Below, piece by piece: positions 18,805-28,595 of a stretch of 64,000 nucleotides of DNA. The notes under the pieces were generated by a model. It saw only the letters and a list, made by a program, of their open reading frames with translations. It did no database searches and had not been told where the DNA came from. Numbering within the stretch: position 1 is the first letter of the stretch; each line of letters begins with the position of its first letter. This stretch comes from Eubacteriales bacterium (lineage in GTDB: Bacteria > Bacillota > Clostridia > Oscillospirales > CAG-272), in NCBI GenBank assembly GCA_045661245.1, contig JAZRFH010000010.1, positions 18,098 through 82,097 on the forward strand, written 5' to 3'. A program made the translations under genes and the position numbers.

Positions 18805-19890
18805 ATGTCAAACCGTTTATTTCAAAACGTAATACACCAGATGAGGGACGTCATAGGCCGCACAGTCGGTGTAATTGACGAAAATGGAATTATCGTTGCA
18901 TGCAGTGACATCGCTAAAATCGGTGAGTCAAGGCAGCGTATAAGAGAGGAGCTTTCCTACTCCGGCGACGTAGTAGTTTACGAGCACTATACATACAGAT
19001 TTCTCGCACCTCAGAACAAGCTCAATTCAATAGTTTTCGTAGAGGGCGACGACGGTGAGGCTGACAAGGCGGCTAAGATGCTCTCTATCACCCTTGGCTC
19101 TGTAAAAAGCCTTTACGACGAGAAATACGACAAAGGCTCGTTTATCAAGAACATAATTCTCGATAACATTCTGCCTAACGATATATATATCAAGTCAAAC
19201 GAACTACACATGAATAACGACGGGCTGCGCGCGGTAATGGTTGTAAAATTTCAGGGCGGCACCGATATGCCCCCTTATGAGATTGTGCAGAATCTTGTCG
19301 ACGAAAACGGCAAGGATTACGTTATAAACATCAGTGAGCAGGACATAGTAATAGTTAAGGAGCTTGACGAAGAGTGCGACGAGGATGCGCTTGAGAAAGA
19401 AGCGCTTGAGCTTATTAAAAAGGCTGCAAGCGAGCACGGTGCAAGGCTTCTTATCGGAATTTCTTCTATCGTTGAAAAGCTTAAGGACCTTGCAAGAGCC
19501 TATAAAGAGGCAAGAATTGCACTTGAGGTAGGCAAGGTGTTTGATATTGAGCACCCCGTTATGTCTTACGAGAGCCTTGGTATCGGCAGACTTATTTATC
19601 AGCTGCCCACCACTCTTTGCGAGATTTTCTTACAAGAGGTATTCAAGAAGGGCTCGCTTGAGTCGCTTGACCGCGAAACTCTTATGACCGTACAGAGCTT
19701 CTTTGAAAACAACCTTAACGTATCGGAAACCTCAAGAAAGCTTTTCGTACACAGAAACACCCTTGTATACAGACTTGAAAAGATACGCAAGCTTACAGGT
19801 CTTGACCTGCGCGAGTTTGACCATGCGGTTACGTTCAAGGTAGCGCTTATGGTTAAAAAGTATCTTACCAACAAGCCAACCAAATTCTGA
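18805..19890 (+). CDS. CdaR/PucR-family transcriptional regulator
   Basis: C-terminal HTH NLNVSETSRKLFVHRNTLVYRLEKI. Confidence 0.92.
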   Translation: MSNRLFQNVIHQMRDVIGRTVGVIDENGIIVACSDIAKIGESRQRIREELSYSGDVVVYEHYTYRFLAPQNKLNSIVFVEGDDGEADKAAKMLSITLGSVKSLYDEKYDKGSFIKNIILDNILPNDIYIKSNELHMNNDGLRAVMVVKFQGGTDMPPYEIVQNLVDENGKDYVINISEQDIVIVKELDEECDEDALEKEALELIKKAASEHGARLLIGISSIVEKLKDLARAYKEARIALEVGKVFDIEHPVMSYESLGIGRLIYQLPTTLCEIFLQEVFKKGSLESLDRETLMTVQSFFENNLNVSETSRKLFVHRNTLVYRLEKIRKLTGLDLREFDHAVTFKVALMVKKYLTNKPTKF

Positions 19891-19979
19891 TTACCGTCTA
19901 TATTTGCTTGCCCTGCGCTTGCCGCAGGGTAAGCTGTTGTTTTATTAAAACGATATAAAGCGGAAGGAATACGAAAGAC

Positions 19980-21338
19980 TTGCAAAGCAAGAACACAATC
20001 AGGGTAACACGAATTACCGCCGTTATTTTTTCTCTTTTGTTAATTATGGCTATGGCCGTGTTTGCCCTTTTATACTCCTTGGCAGGCAAAGGTGATAAGC
20101 CCCCGCTTACCAAAGAAGAAATACTGGCAAATATTATAACCGTGACAGAGAGCAAAAGGGACTACAGATATGCAGCCTATTATCTCTCCGAATACGGAAT
20201 TTCGGGCTTTGATGCGTCGAAATTCAAGGCGGCGGAGTCATTTTTTGAAACCCGTTCGGTTTACGAGCAAAAGCCGAAGGAAGAGCTGGCACTTAAAACC
20301 GCAGAGCTTTTTCTCGAATACTATTTCGATACTCTTGACTTAAGCGACAAGGCTCTGGTGACCGATAAGCTTATAACCTGCTTTGTCGAGGCTACGGGTG
20401 ACAAATACGCGGTTTACAGAACCGCCGGAGAATACGAAGAATATAACACGGATATGTCGGGCTCCTTTGTCGGCATAGGCGTTTACGTAAAATATTCGGA
20501 GCAGGATAACACTGTTATTGTAAGCTCGGTTATGGAAAATTCAGCCGCACTTGAGGCCGGAATTCTTGCAGGTGACTATCTGCACGCTGTTGACGGCAAA
20601 ACACTCGCAGAGCTTGGCTACGACGCCTTTATAAACGCAATACGCGGCGAGGTTGGCACGAGCGTTACCTTGACAGTTATCAGAGGCGGTGAATATATTA
20701 ACCTTACCGCAGTGCGAAAGCAGATAACCGAAAAGAGTGTAAGCTACAGTATTGACGCTGAGAAAATCGGCAAGGTTATGATAACCGGCTTCAAGCAAAA
20801 CACCGCAGAACAGTTTCGCAAGGCAATAGATGCACTTGAGGCTGCGGGCGCTGTGGGAATTATTTTTGATTTGCGTGATAACCCCGGCGGATATCTTCAA
20901 ACAACAGTCGACGTAATTGATTATCTGGTGCCTGTGGGTACGAGGATAGCCTCTACCAAACGTATTTCGGGTGAGGATATTTATACTGCGAAAAACGAGC
21001 ATTTTATAACCGTGCCGATAACGGTTTTATTTAACGACGCAACGGCGTCGGGCGGCGAGCTTTTTTCTGCCGCTATGCGCGACTATGCCGCGATGGGTAT
21101 ACTCAAATGCACGACCGTTGGCACGAACACCTACTCTAAGGGTGTAATGCAGAGCACGGGCACCTTTAAGGACGGCTCAACCCTCACGCTGACCGTGGGC
21201 TATTACAACCCGCCGAGCGAAGTAAACTACGACGGTATCGGTGTTGCCCCAGACGTTGAGGTGAAGTGGAGTGCCGATGGCGACCCACAGCTTGACGCGG
21301 CTTATACCGAGATAAAAAAGCTAATTGAACAAAAATAA
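19980..21338 (+). CDS. S41-family C-terminal processing protease (CtpA/CtpB-like)
   Basis: GIGV PDZ motif, DLRDNPGG, TASGGE, SKG; TM anchor. Confidence 0.9.
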   Translation: MQSKNTIRVTRITAVIFSLLLIMAMAVFALLYSLAGKGDKPPLTKEEILANIITVTESKRDYRYAAYYLSEYGISGFDASKFKAAESFFETRSVYEQKPKEELALKTAELFLEYYFDTLDLSDKALVTDKLITCFVEATGDKYAVYRTAGEYEEYNTDMSGSFVGIGVYVKYSEQDNTVIVSSVMENSAALEAGILAGDYLHAVDGKTLAELGYDAFINAIRGEVGTSVTLTVIRGGEYINLTAVRKQITEKSVSYSIDAEKIGKVMITGFKQNTAEQFRKAIDALEAAGAVGIIFDLRDNPGGYLQTTVDVIDYLVPVGTRIASTKRISGEDIYTAKNEHFITVPITVLFNDATASGGELFSAAMRDYAAMGILKCTTVGTNTYSKGVMQSTGTFKDGSTLTLTVGYYNPPSEVNYDGIGVAPDVEVKWSADGDPQLDAAYTEIKKLIEQK

Positions 21339-21375
21339 ACAAAACTTAACATTATATATTTAGGAGAATACCAAG

Positions 21376-21858
21376 ATGGAACAGAAATTTTACACGCCCC
21401 AAGGCTTTAAGGCACTTCAGGACGAGCTTGACCACCTTATTAACGTAAAAGCTGAGGAAAATAAAAAGGAAATATCGACTGCGCGCTCTTACGGTGACCT
21501 TTCCGAGAACAGTGAATACGATGCCGCAAAGCAGGAGCAGGCTGTTATACACGCAAGAATTGACGAGCTGCGTGAAATGATTGCAAACGCAAGGGTAATT
21601 GACGAGTCGCAGATTGACGAGTCTAAAATCAGCGTAGGCTCTATCGTTAAGCTTTTTAACGTAGAGAGAAACCGCGAGGTTACTTATCACATAGTAGGCT
21701 CATACGAGTCTGACCCCGAGAACGGCAAAATCTCCGACGCCTCGCCTATCGGCTCTGCTCTTCTTGGTGCACGCGAGGGTGAAGAGGTTGTTGTTTCGGG
21801 CGCAAAGCTTGTTCAGCATTTAAGAATACTCGCAGTATCAAGAGCAAAGGAAAATTAA
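21376..21858 (+). CDS. greA: Transcription elongation factor GreA
   Basis: GDLSENSEY, SPIGSALLG. Confidence 0.96.
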   Translation: MEQKFYTPQGFKALQDELDHLINVKAEENKKEISTARSYGDLSENSEYDAAKQEQAVIHARIDELREMIANARVIDESQIDESKISVGSIVKLFNVERNREVTYHIVGSYESDPENGKISDASPIGSALLGAREGEEVVVSGAKLVQHLRILAVSRAKEN

Positions 21859-21881
21859 ATTTATCCCACGGGAGAAATAAA

Positions 21882-23378
21882 ATGGATAATAACGTACAAA
21901 ATTCGACTAACGAACTTGTAGTAAGGAGAGAAAAGCTGGCGGCACTTAAGGAAGCCGGCAAGAACCCCTTCACTATTACCAAGTATAACGTAACACACAC
22001 CGCCCCCGAGGCAAGACGTGAGTTTGAGAGCCGCGAGAGCGAGCTTGCAGAGGGTGAGGCTATAACTGCGCGCCTTGCAGGCCGCCTTGTTTCACGCAGA
22101 ATAATGGGTAAGGCATCCTTTGCGCATTTGCAGGACGGTGAAGGAAAGCTTCAGCTTTATATCGCAAGAGATGGCATAGGCGAAGAGGATTATGCAGCCT
22201 TCAAGAAATGGGACGTTGGTGACATCGTAGGTGTAGAGGGTACTCTTTTCCGTACGAGAACGGGTGAGGTTTCACTCCACGCAACCTCGGTTACTCTGCT
22301 CTCAAAGTCGCTTTTGCCCCTGCCGGAGAAGTTCCACGGTCTTACCAACCTTGAGCAGAGATACAGACAGAGATACGTTGACCTTATCGTTAACCCCGAG
22401 GTTAAGGACACGTTTGTTAAGCGCTCAAAGATTTTAAAGCTGATACGCGAGTTTCTTGATTCGCGCGGTTATCTTGAGGTTGACACGCCCATACTTTTAC
22501 CCCTTGAGATTGGCGCAAACGCGCGCCCCTTCGTTACCCACCACAACACGCTTGACATAGATATGTATCTGAGAATTGAAACCGAGCTTTACCTTAAAAG
22601 ACTTATCGTCGGCGGTATGCACAAGGTTTACGAGGTTGGCCGAATTTTCAGAAACGAGGGTATGGACCAGAAGCATAACCCCGAGTTTACCTCTATCGAG
22701 CTTTACGAGGCGTTTACCGATTATTACGGTATGATGGACCTTGTTGAGGAGCTTTACAAGATGCTCGCACGCGAGGTTTGCGGTGACACAAAGATTACTT
22801 ATCAGGGCACTGAAATTGACCTTGGCAAGTGGGACAGACTCACTATGGTCGAGGCGGTTAAGAAGTATGCAGACGTAGACTACTACGCATGGACAAGCGA
22901 CGAGGACGCACGCGCCGATGCAAAGAGATTGCACGTAGAGGTGCCCGCAGATGCTACGCGCGGCACTGTGCTTGTCGAGCTGTTTGACGCATTCGTAGAG
23001 GATAAGCTTATACAGCCTACCTTTATCTACGACTACCCCGTTGAGAACAGCCCCCTTGCAAAGAGAAAGCCCGAGGACCCGAACTTTACCGAAAGATTCG
23101 AGTACTTTATCAACTGCACCGAGTACGGCAACGCATTCTCCGAGCTTAACGACCCGATTGACCAGCGCGAGAGATTTGAAGGTCAGGTTGAGGCTAAGCG
23201 CCGTGAGAACCCGAACACGACAGCCGAGGTTGACTACGATTACATTACCGCGCTTGAATACGGTCTGCCCCCCACAGGCGGTCTTGGCTTTGGCGTAGAC
23301 AGGCTTGTAATGCTTCTTACAGACTCGCCCTCTATCAGGGACGTGCTTTTGTTCCCGACTATGAAGCCCGAGGTTTAA
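21882..23378 (+). CDS. lysS: Lysyl-tRNA synthetase (class II)
   Basis: YRQRYVDL, FRNEG, HNPEF, YGLPPTGG. Confidence 0.98.
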   Translation: MDNNVQNSTNELVVRREKLAALKEAGKNPFTITKYNVTHTAPEARREFESRESELAEGEAITARLAGRLVSRRIMGKASFAHLQDGEGKLQLYIARDGIGEEDYAAFKKWDVGDIVGVEGTLFRTRTGEVSLHATSVTLLSKSLLPLPEKFHGLTNLEQRYRQRYVDLIVNPEVKDTFVKRSKILKLIREFLDSRGYLEVDTPILLPLEIGANARPFVTHHNTLDIDMYLRIETELYLKRLIVGGMHKVYEVGRIFRNEGMDQKHNPEFTSIELYEAFTDYYGMMDLVEELYKMLAREVCGDTKITYQGTEIDLGKWDRLTMVEAVKKYADVDYYAWTSDEDARADAKRLHVEVPADATRGTVLVELFDAFVEDKLIQPTFIYDYPVENSPLAKRKPEDPNFTERFEYFINCTEYGNAFSELNDPIDQRERFEGQVEAKRRENPNTTAEVDYDYITALEYGLPPTGGLGFGVDRLVMLLTDSPSIRDVLLFPTMKPEV

Positions 23379-23412
23379 TCAAAGCTAATTTGTGCATAAG
23401 CATAAAAATACA

Positions 23413-23464
23413 AAGAAAGAGCTATGAACTAAGCGTTGTTTGCGCCACTCATAGCTCTTTTTTA
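23413..23464 (+). terminator. Terminator after lysS
   Basis: AAAGAGCTATGA...TCATAGCTCTTTTTT. Confidence 0.7.
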
Positions 23465-23531
23465 TAAACCGCGGCCTTTTGTTGCAATTGGGTTTAATTT
23501 GTGTTATAATCTATTTTAGAAAAAAGGGGGT

Positions 23532-24254
23532 ATGGCTATGTCCGATAATGAGAATATAAATGTCACGGGCGGATTGCGCGCGAAAATAGAAAATTTCTGG
23601 TATCACTACAAGTGGCATTCTATCGTGTCGGTGTTTGTGATAATAGCGGTTTTGGTTTGCTCCTTACAAATGTGCGGCAAGGAAAAATTCGATGCGTATA
23701 TAATGTATGCCGGTGGCTACGCCGTATCGCAGGTTGAGGACGGTGACGTTGCAGAATACGTAAAGCTTCACTCCTCGTTTAAGCGAGTTGTGCCTGACAC
23801 TGACGAAAACGGTGATATTAACCCCTCGTTTTTAAATCTCTACACGCCCTCTGACGAGGAGCTTAATAATGCCGGCTCCGGCTCTCACAATCTCATAAGA
23901 GAGGACTTTTCGCGTCTTGAATACGAGCTGGTTTCGGGCAGCGAATACTATATATGCCTTCTATCCTCTGCAAACTACGATAAATACAAGGTATTTGGCG
24001 AGGTGTCGCTCTTTACGCCTCTATCAGACCTTGTACCCGATGGGTGTGAGGTAGAATACTACGACGAGGGTGCTGTTTATTTACACTCCCTGCCCTTCTC
24101 CGAGCTTGACGGTATAAGGAATTTGCCCGAGGACACGGTAATAGCTCTGCGAAAGCTCAGTGCCGTAGCGTCTGTTTTTGACAAGGGCTCTAATACGAGA
24201 AACCGCGAATACGCCGAGAAAATACTTATTAACATTCTTACTTACAGCAAATAA
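23532..24254 (+). CDS. Membrane-anchored hypothetical protein
   Basis: ENFWYHYKWH motif before one TM, then an extracytoplasmic domain. Confidence 0.75.
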   Translation: MAMSDNENINVTGGLRAKIENFWYHYKWHSIVSVFVIIAVLVCSLQMCGKEKFDAYIMYAGGYAVSQVEDGDVAEYVKLHSSFKRVVPDTDENGDINPSFLNLYTPSDEELNNAGSGSHNLIREDFSRLEYELVSGSEYYICLLSSANYDKYKVFGEVSLFTPLSDLVPDGCEVEYYDEGAVYLHSLPFSELDGIRNLPEDTVIALRKLSAVASVFDKGSNTRNREYAEKILINILTYSK

Positions 24255-24334
24255 AGGCAAAAAAGCCCCTACCGACATATACTGCCGATAGGGGTTAATT
24301 TTATCCCCATTTTAATACTTAATGGAGAAAAATT

Positions 24335-24418
24335 ATGAAAATAGTTGTACTGAAATCTCCGCGGCTCTTATCACGTCTTATCTCGAAGCTGATGAGAGAT
24401 AAATCAAAAGAACACTGA
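24335..24418 (+). CDS. spoVM: Stage V sporulation protein M (27-aa amphipathic peptide)
   Basis: MKIVVLKSPRLLSRLISKLMRDKSKEH with Pro9 as in SpoVM; RBS GGAG; sigmaE-like -10 CATATACT at 24276; below the ORF-track cutoff. Confidence 0.8.
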   Translation: MKIVVLKSPRLLSRLISKLMRDKSKEH

Positions 24419-26261
24419 TATCGGCAGGGTTAACTCCGCTTATTCTTGATGCGCGACCTATGCTTTCGGGTCTGATTTTTTCAAGCTTTTCTGCCGCTTC
24501 AAGTCTAAGCCCCTTGATTTTGCCGTAATCTATGTCAGATGGGATTTTCCTCTCGTCAAGCCTGCGCTGGCGCTCTGCCTCGCGCAGCTCTCTTTTTATA
24601 TATCCCTCGTATTTTATTTCAACACCCACCGATAGCTTTACCGCATCGGGCAGGGGCTCTCTTTTTTCGTCAATCTCTGCGAGCATCTCATAATCAAGCT
24701 CGGGTCTGCGTAAAAGCTCGGCAAGCTTAATGCCCGTGGTGATAGGGGTAGAATCATGATTTGTAAGAAATGCATTTACCTTCTCACTAGGCGGTACTGT
24801 TGTTTCGCAAATACGCTTGATTTCTGCCTTTATAAGCTCGGTTTTTCTCACAAAAGCGTCATATTGCCCATCACTGACAAGACCAACCTCGCGACCTATG
24901 GGAGTCAAACGCGCATCGGCGTTATCCTGCCTTAGAAGCAGTCTATATTCACTGCGCGAGGTCATCATTCTGTACGGCTCCTCCGTACCCTTGGTAACGA
25001 GGTCGTCAATAAGCGTGCCGATATACGACGAGTCACGCGAGAGAATCATTGGCTCGCGCCCCTTTATTTTGAGTGCGGCATTAATGCCTGCAACCAAGCC
25101 CTGTGCGGCGGCCTCCTCATACCCCGAGGTGCCGTTAAACTGCCCTGCACCGAAAAGGCCCGAAACACGCTTGAATTCAAGCGCGGCATTAAGCTCGCAC
25201 GGGTCAACACAGTCATACTCTATTGCGTATGCGTAACGCATAATTTCAGCATTTTCAAAGCCGGGGAGCGAGCGTAGCATTTCATACTGCACGTCTGTGG
25301 GCATAGAGGTGGAAAAGCCTTGAATATACATCTCGTCAGTATCAAGGCCGCACGGCTCGACAAACAGCTGATGTCTATCCTTTTCGGAAAAGCGAACGAG
25401 CTTTGTTTCAATGGACGGGCAGTACCTCGGACCCGCGCCTACTATATTGCCCGAATACATAGCTGAGCGGTTCATATTTTTACGAATTATATCGTGAGTT
25501 TTACTGTTTGTATAAACTATATGACATTCGGTGAGATTGGCACCTGTCCTATACTCCTTACCAGTAGAATAAGAAAACGGCATAGGATTATCCTCGCCCG
25601 TCTGTGCGTCAAGCACGGATAAATCAATAGAGCGACGGTGAACACGCGCGGGGGTGCCGGTTTTAAATCTGCGGAGCGACACGCCAAGCGATAAAAGAGA
25701 GCTTGAAAGGCCGCGCGCCGCTGTCATACCGTCAGGCCCTGCACTGTATACCTTATCACCGACAAAGATTTCACTTTCAAGAAAGGTGCCCGAGGCTATA
25801 ATAACGCATTTTGCGTGCCATATCTCACCAAGGTGAGTTATAACACCGCATACACGTACACTGCCGCCCTCGCTCTCTGTCAATATCTCTACTATCTCCG
25901 ACTGAATAAGGCGGAGATTTTTTTCTTTTTCAAGAGTTCTCTTCATTTCGCTCTTGTATCTCTGCCTGTCTGCCTGCACGCGCTTTGCGTGAACGGCACT
26001 GCCGCGGCCGAGGTTTAAGGTTCTTGACTGTATTGTTGCTTTATCGGCACATTTGCCCATCTCGCCGCCGAGAGCATCTATCTCATAAACGAGATGCCCC
26101 TTTGCGGAGCCGCCGACAGATGGATTGCAGGGCATATTTGCTACAGCGTCGAGGCTTATCGTAAATAAAACGGTGTCTATACCCATTCTTGCCGAGGCGA
26201 GCGCCGCCTCACAGCCCGCGTGGCCTGCGCCTATTACTATACATTCGGTATTAAAATCCAT
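24378..26261 (-). CDS. mnmG: tRNA U34 modification enzyme MnmG (GidA)
   Basis: GAGHAGCEAA, MPCNPSVGG, GPRYCPSIE, GQFNGTSGYEEAA. Confidence 0.98.
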   Translation of the reverse strand: MDFNTECIVIGAGHAGCEAALASARMGIDTVLFTISLDAVANMPCNPSVGGSAKGHLVYEIDALGGEMGKCADKATIQSRTLNLGRGSAVHAKRVQADRQRYKSEMKRTLEKEKNLRLIQSEIVEILTESEGGSVRVCGVITHLGEIWHAKCVIIASGTFLESEIFVGDKVYSAGPDGMTAARGLSSSLLSLGVSLRRFKTGTPARVHRRSIDLSVLDAQTGEDNPMPFSYSTGKEYRTGANLTECHIVYTNSKTHDIIRKNMNRSAMYSGNIVGAGPRYCPSIETKLVRFSEKDRHQLFVEPCGLDTDEMYIQGFSTSMPTDVQYEMLRSLPGFENAEIMRYAYAIEYDCVDPCELNAALEFKRVSGLFGAGQFNGTSGYEEAAAQGLVAGINAALKIKGREPMILSRDSSYIGTLIDDLVTKGTEEPYRMMTSRSEYRLLLRQDNADARLTPIGREVGLVSDGQYDAFVRKTELIKAEIKRICETTVPPSEKVNAFLTNHDSTPITTGIKLAELLRRPELDYEMLAEIDEKREPLPDAVKLSVGVEIKYEGYIKRELREAERQRRLDERKIPSDIDYGKIKGLRLEAAEKLEKIRPESIGRASRISGVNPADISVLLIYLSSASR

Positions 26262-26328
26262 ACTACCTCTAAATGTAAACTATTGTTTATAGATTTTGGG
26301 TATAGAGTGTCGAACACCCTATACCGTG

Positions 26329-27102
26329 TTAAATTTTCACTCTCTTTACGTCAATTACCCGATAGGTTATGTTATCAAGAGTAAACACTGCGCCCGAGCA
26401 CTCAACCTCACCCTGCGATGGGCGGAAGCGAGGCGGCATGTGTGTGCGCATAGTTTCAATTACACTGTCTTTATCAATGCCTAAGATACCGCCGCTCTCA
26501 CCGCACATACCAATGTCGGTTATATAGCCCGTGCCATGCGGTAAAATACATTCGTCAGCCGTTGCCACGTGAGTGTGCGTGCCGAAAACCACGTTAATTC
26601 TGCCGTCGTACGAGTGAGCTATAGCAAGCTTTTCACCCGTAGCCTCGGCGTGAATATCGAGAATAGCTACGTCAAAGTTCCCCTTTTCACTCTCAAGCAC
26701 CGCATCTATAAATGAATAGGGTGCGTCAAGATTCGGCTCTATGTGCACACAGCCCATCGCCGAGATAACGAGAACCCGTCTGCCCGATGCGTCAAGCACC
26801 GTATATCCGCGCCCGGGAGCTGAGTCACCGAAATTTATCGGGCGGAGCATTTCTCTGTTCTCGTCAAGAAAGGTATATATCTGCTTATTTCTGAGTGTAT
26901 GGTTACCGCCCGTAAGGCAATCTGCACCTCCGCGAAGGAGCTTTTCTGCAACCTCAGGCCCCGCCCCCGTTATAAACGACGCATTCTCTGCGTTTACGAC
27001 GGTAAAATCAATCTGATTTTCTTCTCTATAGCGCCAAAGCTTGCGTGAAAGATACTCTGCCGCCCTCGGACTTGTTACGTCACCTATTGCTAAGATTTTC
27101 AT
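26329..27102 (-). CDS. ymdB: YmdB-family metallophosphoesterase
   Basis: GD, NAEN, GGNH, HAEATGEK, GTHTH. Confidence 0.92.
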   Translation of the reverse strand: MKILAIGDVTSPRAAEYLSRKLWRYREENQIDFTVVNAENASFITGAGPEVAEKLLRGGADCLTGGNHTLRNKQIYTFLDENREMLRPINFGDSAPGRGYTVLDASGRRVLVISAMGCVHIEPNLDAPYSFIDAVLESEKGNFDVAILDIHAEATGEKLAIAHSYDGRINVVFGTHTHVATADECILPHGTGYITDIGMCGESGGILGIDKDSVIETMRTHMPPRFRPSQGEVECSGAVFTLDNITYRVIDVKRVKI

Positions 27103-27124
27103 ATTTTTTCCATTCTATCCCTTA

Positions 27125-27478
27125 TCAAAGGGCACCAAATACTCCGCTTATCTGAACTATCGCGGAGAAGACACCGAATACTGTGCCTACTATAGCGGTT
27201 ATAAGACCGAAAATTGAAATTTTATCAAAAAAACCGAGCCTGTGCCTTGCATAAACCGCAAGACCGATAGAGGCAAGCGCAAGTATAATTGATAGCACCC
27301 ACACCTGCGCGACGAGTATAGAAAGCACTCCGCTCACAAGTGAAAGTATCGACCAGAGCATACTGCGGCTTTTAGGACTTTCGGGCAAGGCGTAAACCTC
27401 GTCCTCCTGTGCGCTTAATTGCTGAAGCTGTGCATCTTCCTTTATCTCAGAAAGCGAGCGTTCGTTATTATCAGTCAT
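27125..27478 (-). CDS. Small membrane protein
   Basis: 2-3 TM segments; overlaps the pyrR stop. Confidence 0.7.
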   Translation of the reverse strand: MTDNNERSLSEIKEDAQLQQLSAQEDEVYALPESPKSRSMLWSILSLVSGVLSILVAQVWVLSIILALASIGLAVYARHRLGFFDKISIFGLITAIVGTVFGVFSAIVQISGVFGAL

Positions 27479-28020
27479 TCGGTATCCTCTCTTTCAAATA
27501 TTTCAACTGAGCTCTCGTTATCAAGTGCGAAAAATTTAACACGTACTACCTCTTTATGCGAGGTGGGAATGTTTTTACCTACAAAATCAGGCTTAAAGGG
27601 CAGCTCTCTTTGCCCTCTGTCTATAAGCACAAGCAGCTTGATGCTGTCGGGTCTTCCGCGTCTGAAAAGTGCATCAATCGCACACCTTACGGTTCTGCCG
27701 GTATAAAGCACGTCGTCAACTAAAATTACGTTCTTTTTGTTAACGTCAAAGGGCAGCTGTGTGCCGTTCATTACAGGCTGAGGACTTATGCGCGAAAGGT
27801 CGTCGCGGTAGAACGTAATATCTATGCTGCCCACAGGAATGTCTATGCTGCCGGCACGGCAAAGCTCGTCTTTGATTATCTTCGCAAGAATAGCTCCACG
27901 CCTTTCAACACCTACAATTACAGTGTCGGACGATATTCCGCGTTCAAGAAGCTCATGCGTCAGCCTTGTAACAGCGCGTGACATTGAGACTTCATCCATT
28001 ATTTTAGCTTTAAGACGCAT
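27475..28020 (-). CDS. pyrR: PyrR regulator / uracil phosphoribosyltransferase
   Basis: DITFYRDD, ILVDDVLYTGRT, VGKNIPT. Confidence 0.95.
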   Translation of the reverse strand: MRLKAKIMDEVSMSRAVTRLTHELLERGISSDTVIVGVERRGAILAKIIKDELCRAGSIDIPVGSIDITFYRDDLSRISPQPVMNGTQLPFDVNKKNVILVDDVLYTGRTVRCAIDALFRRGRPDSIKLLVLIDRGQRELPFKPDFVGKNIPTSHKEVVRVKFFALDNESSVEIFEREDTE

Positions 28021-28145
28021 TCTGGCACTCCTTGTACTGATTTAACAAATTTATTTTATCATAGCACAGGTTAAAAATCAATACGAATAAATAACAAAAA
28101 AATACTTATAATAACCAAAAAACGAGCAAAAGAGGATTAAATACC

Positions 28146-28595
28146 GTGGATATTTATACCAAAGAGGGCAAAACCAAGCTTATAAAGAGGTTTACGCCGA
28201 AAACCAAGCTTTTAAAAACCTGCCTGTTAGCCTTTATCTTCGGCGGAATAATTACCGCACTTGGCGAGGGGTTAAGACAGCTTTTTCTGTACCTGAGTGT
28301 TGAAAAGGACACGGCGGGCCTTCTCGTCAGCCTTATTTTTGTTTTTATAGCTTCCTTTCTTACAGCCGTCGGTATTTTCGACCGTATTGCAAAGCACGCA
28401 GGGGCAGGCACGCTCGTACCGATTACAGGGTTTTCAAACGCGATTACCTCTGAGGCAATGGACTCGGCAAGCGAGGGATATATTCTCGGCGTAGGCGCAA
28501 AAATTTTCACAGTGGCAGGTCCCGTGCTGCTTTACGGCATTACGGCAGGCGTGATTTACGGAATACTTTATTATTTGTTTGGAGTTCTTTTATGA
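28146..28595 (+). CDS. spoVAC: Stage V sporulation protein AC
   Basis: AGAGTLVPITGFSN, IFTVAGPV. Confidence 0.95.
   Translation: MDIYTKEGKTKLIKRFTPKTKLLKTCLLAFIFGGIITALGEGLRQLFLYLSVEKDTAGLLVSLIFVFIASFLTAVGIFDRIAKHAGAGTLVPITGFSNAITSEAMDSASEGYILGVGAKIFTVAGPVLLYGITAGVIYGILYYLFGVLL

Noticed and set aside
27475-28020. pyrR without a pyr operon or attenuator
   Set aside because: Stand-alone pyrR is common and acts in trans; no attenuator could be supported here
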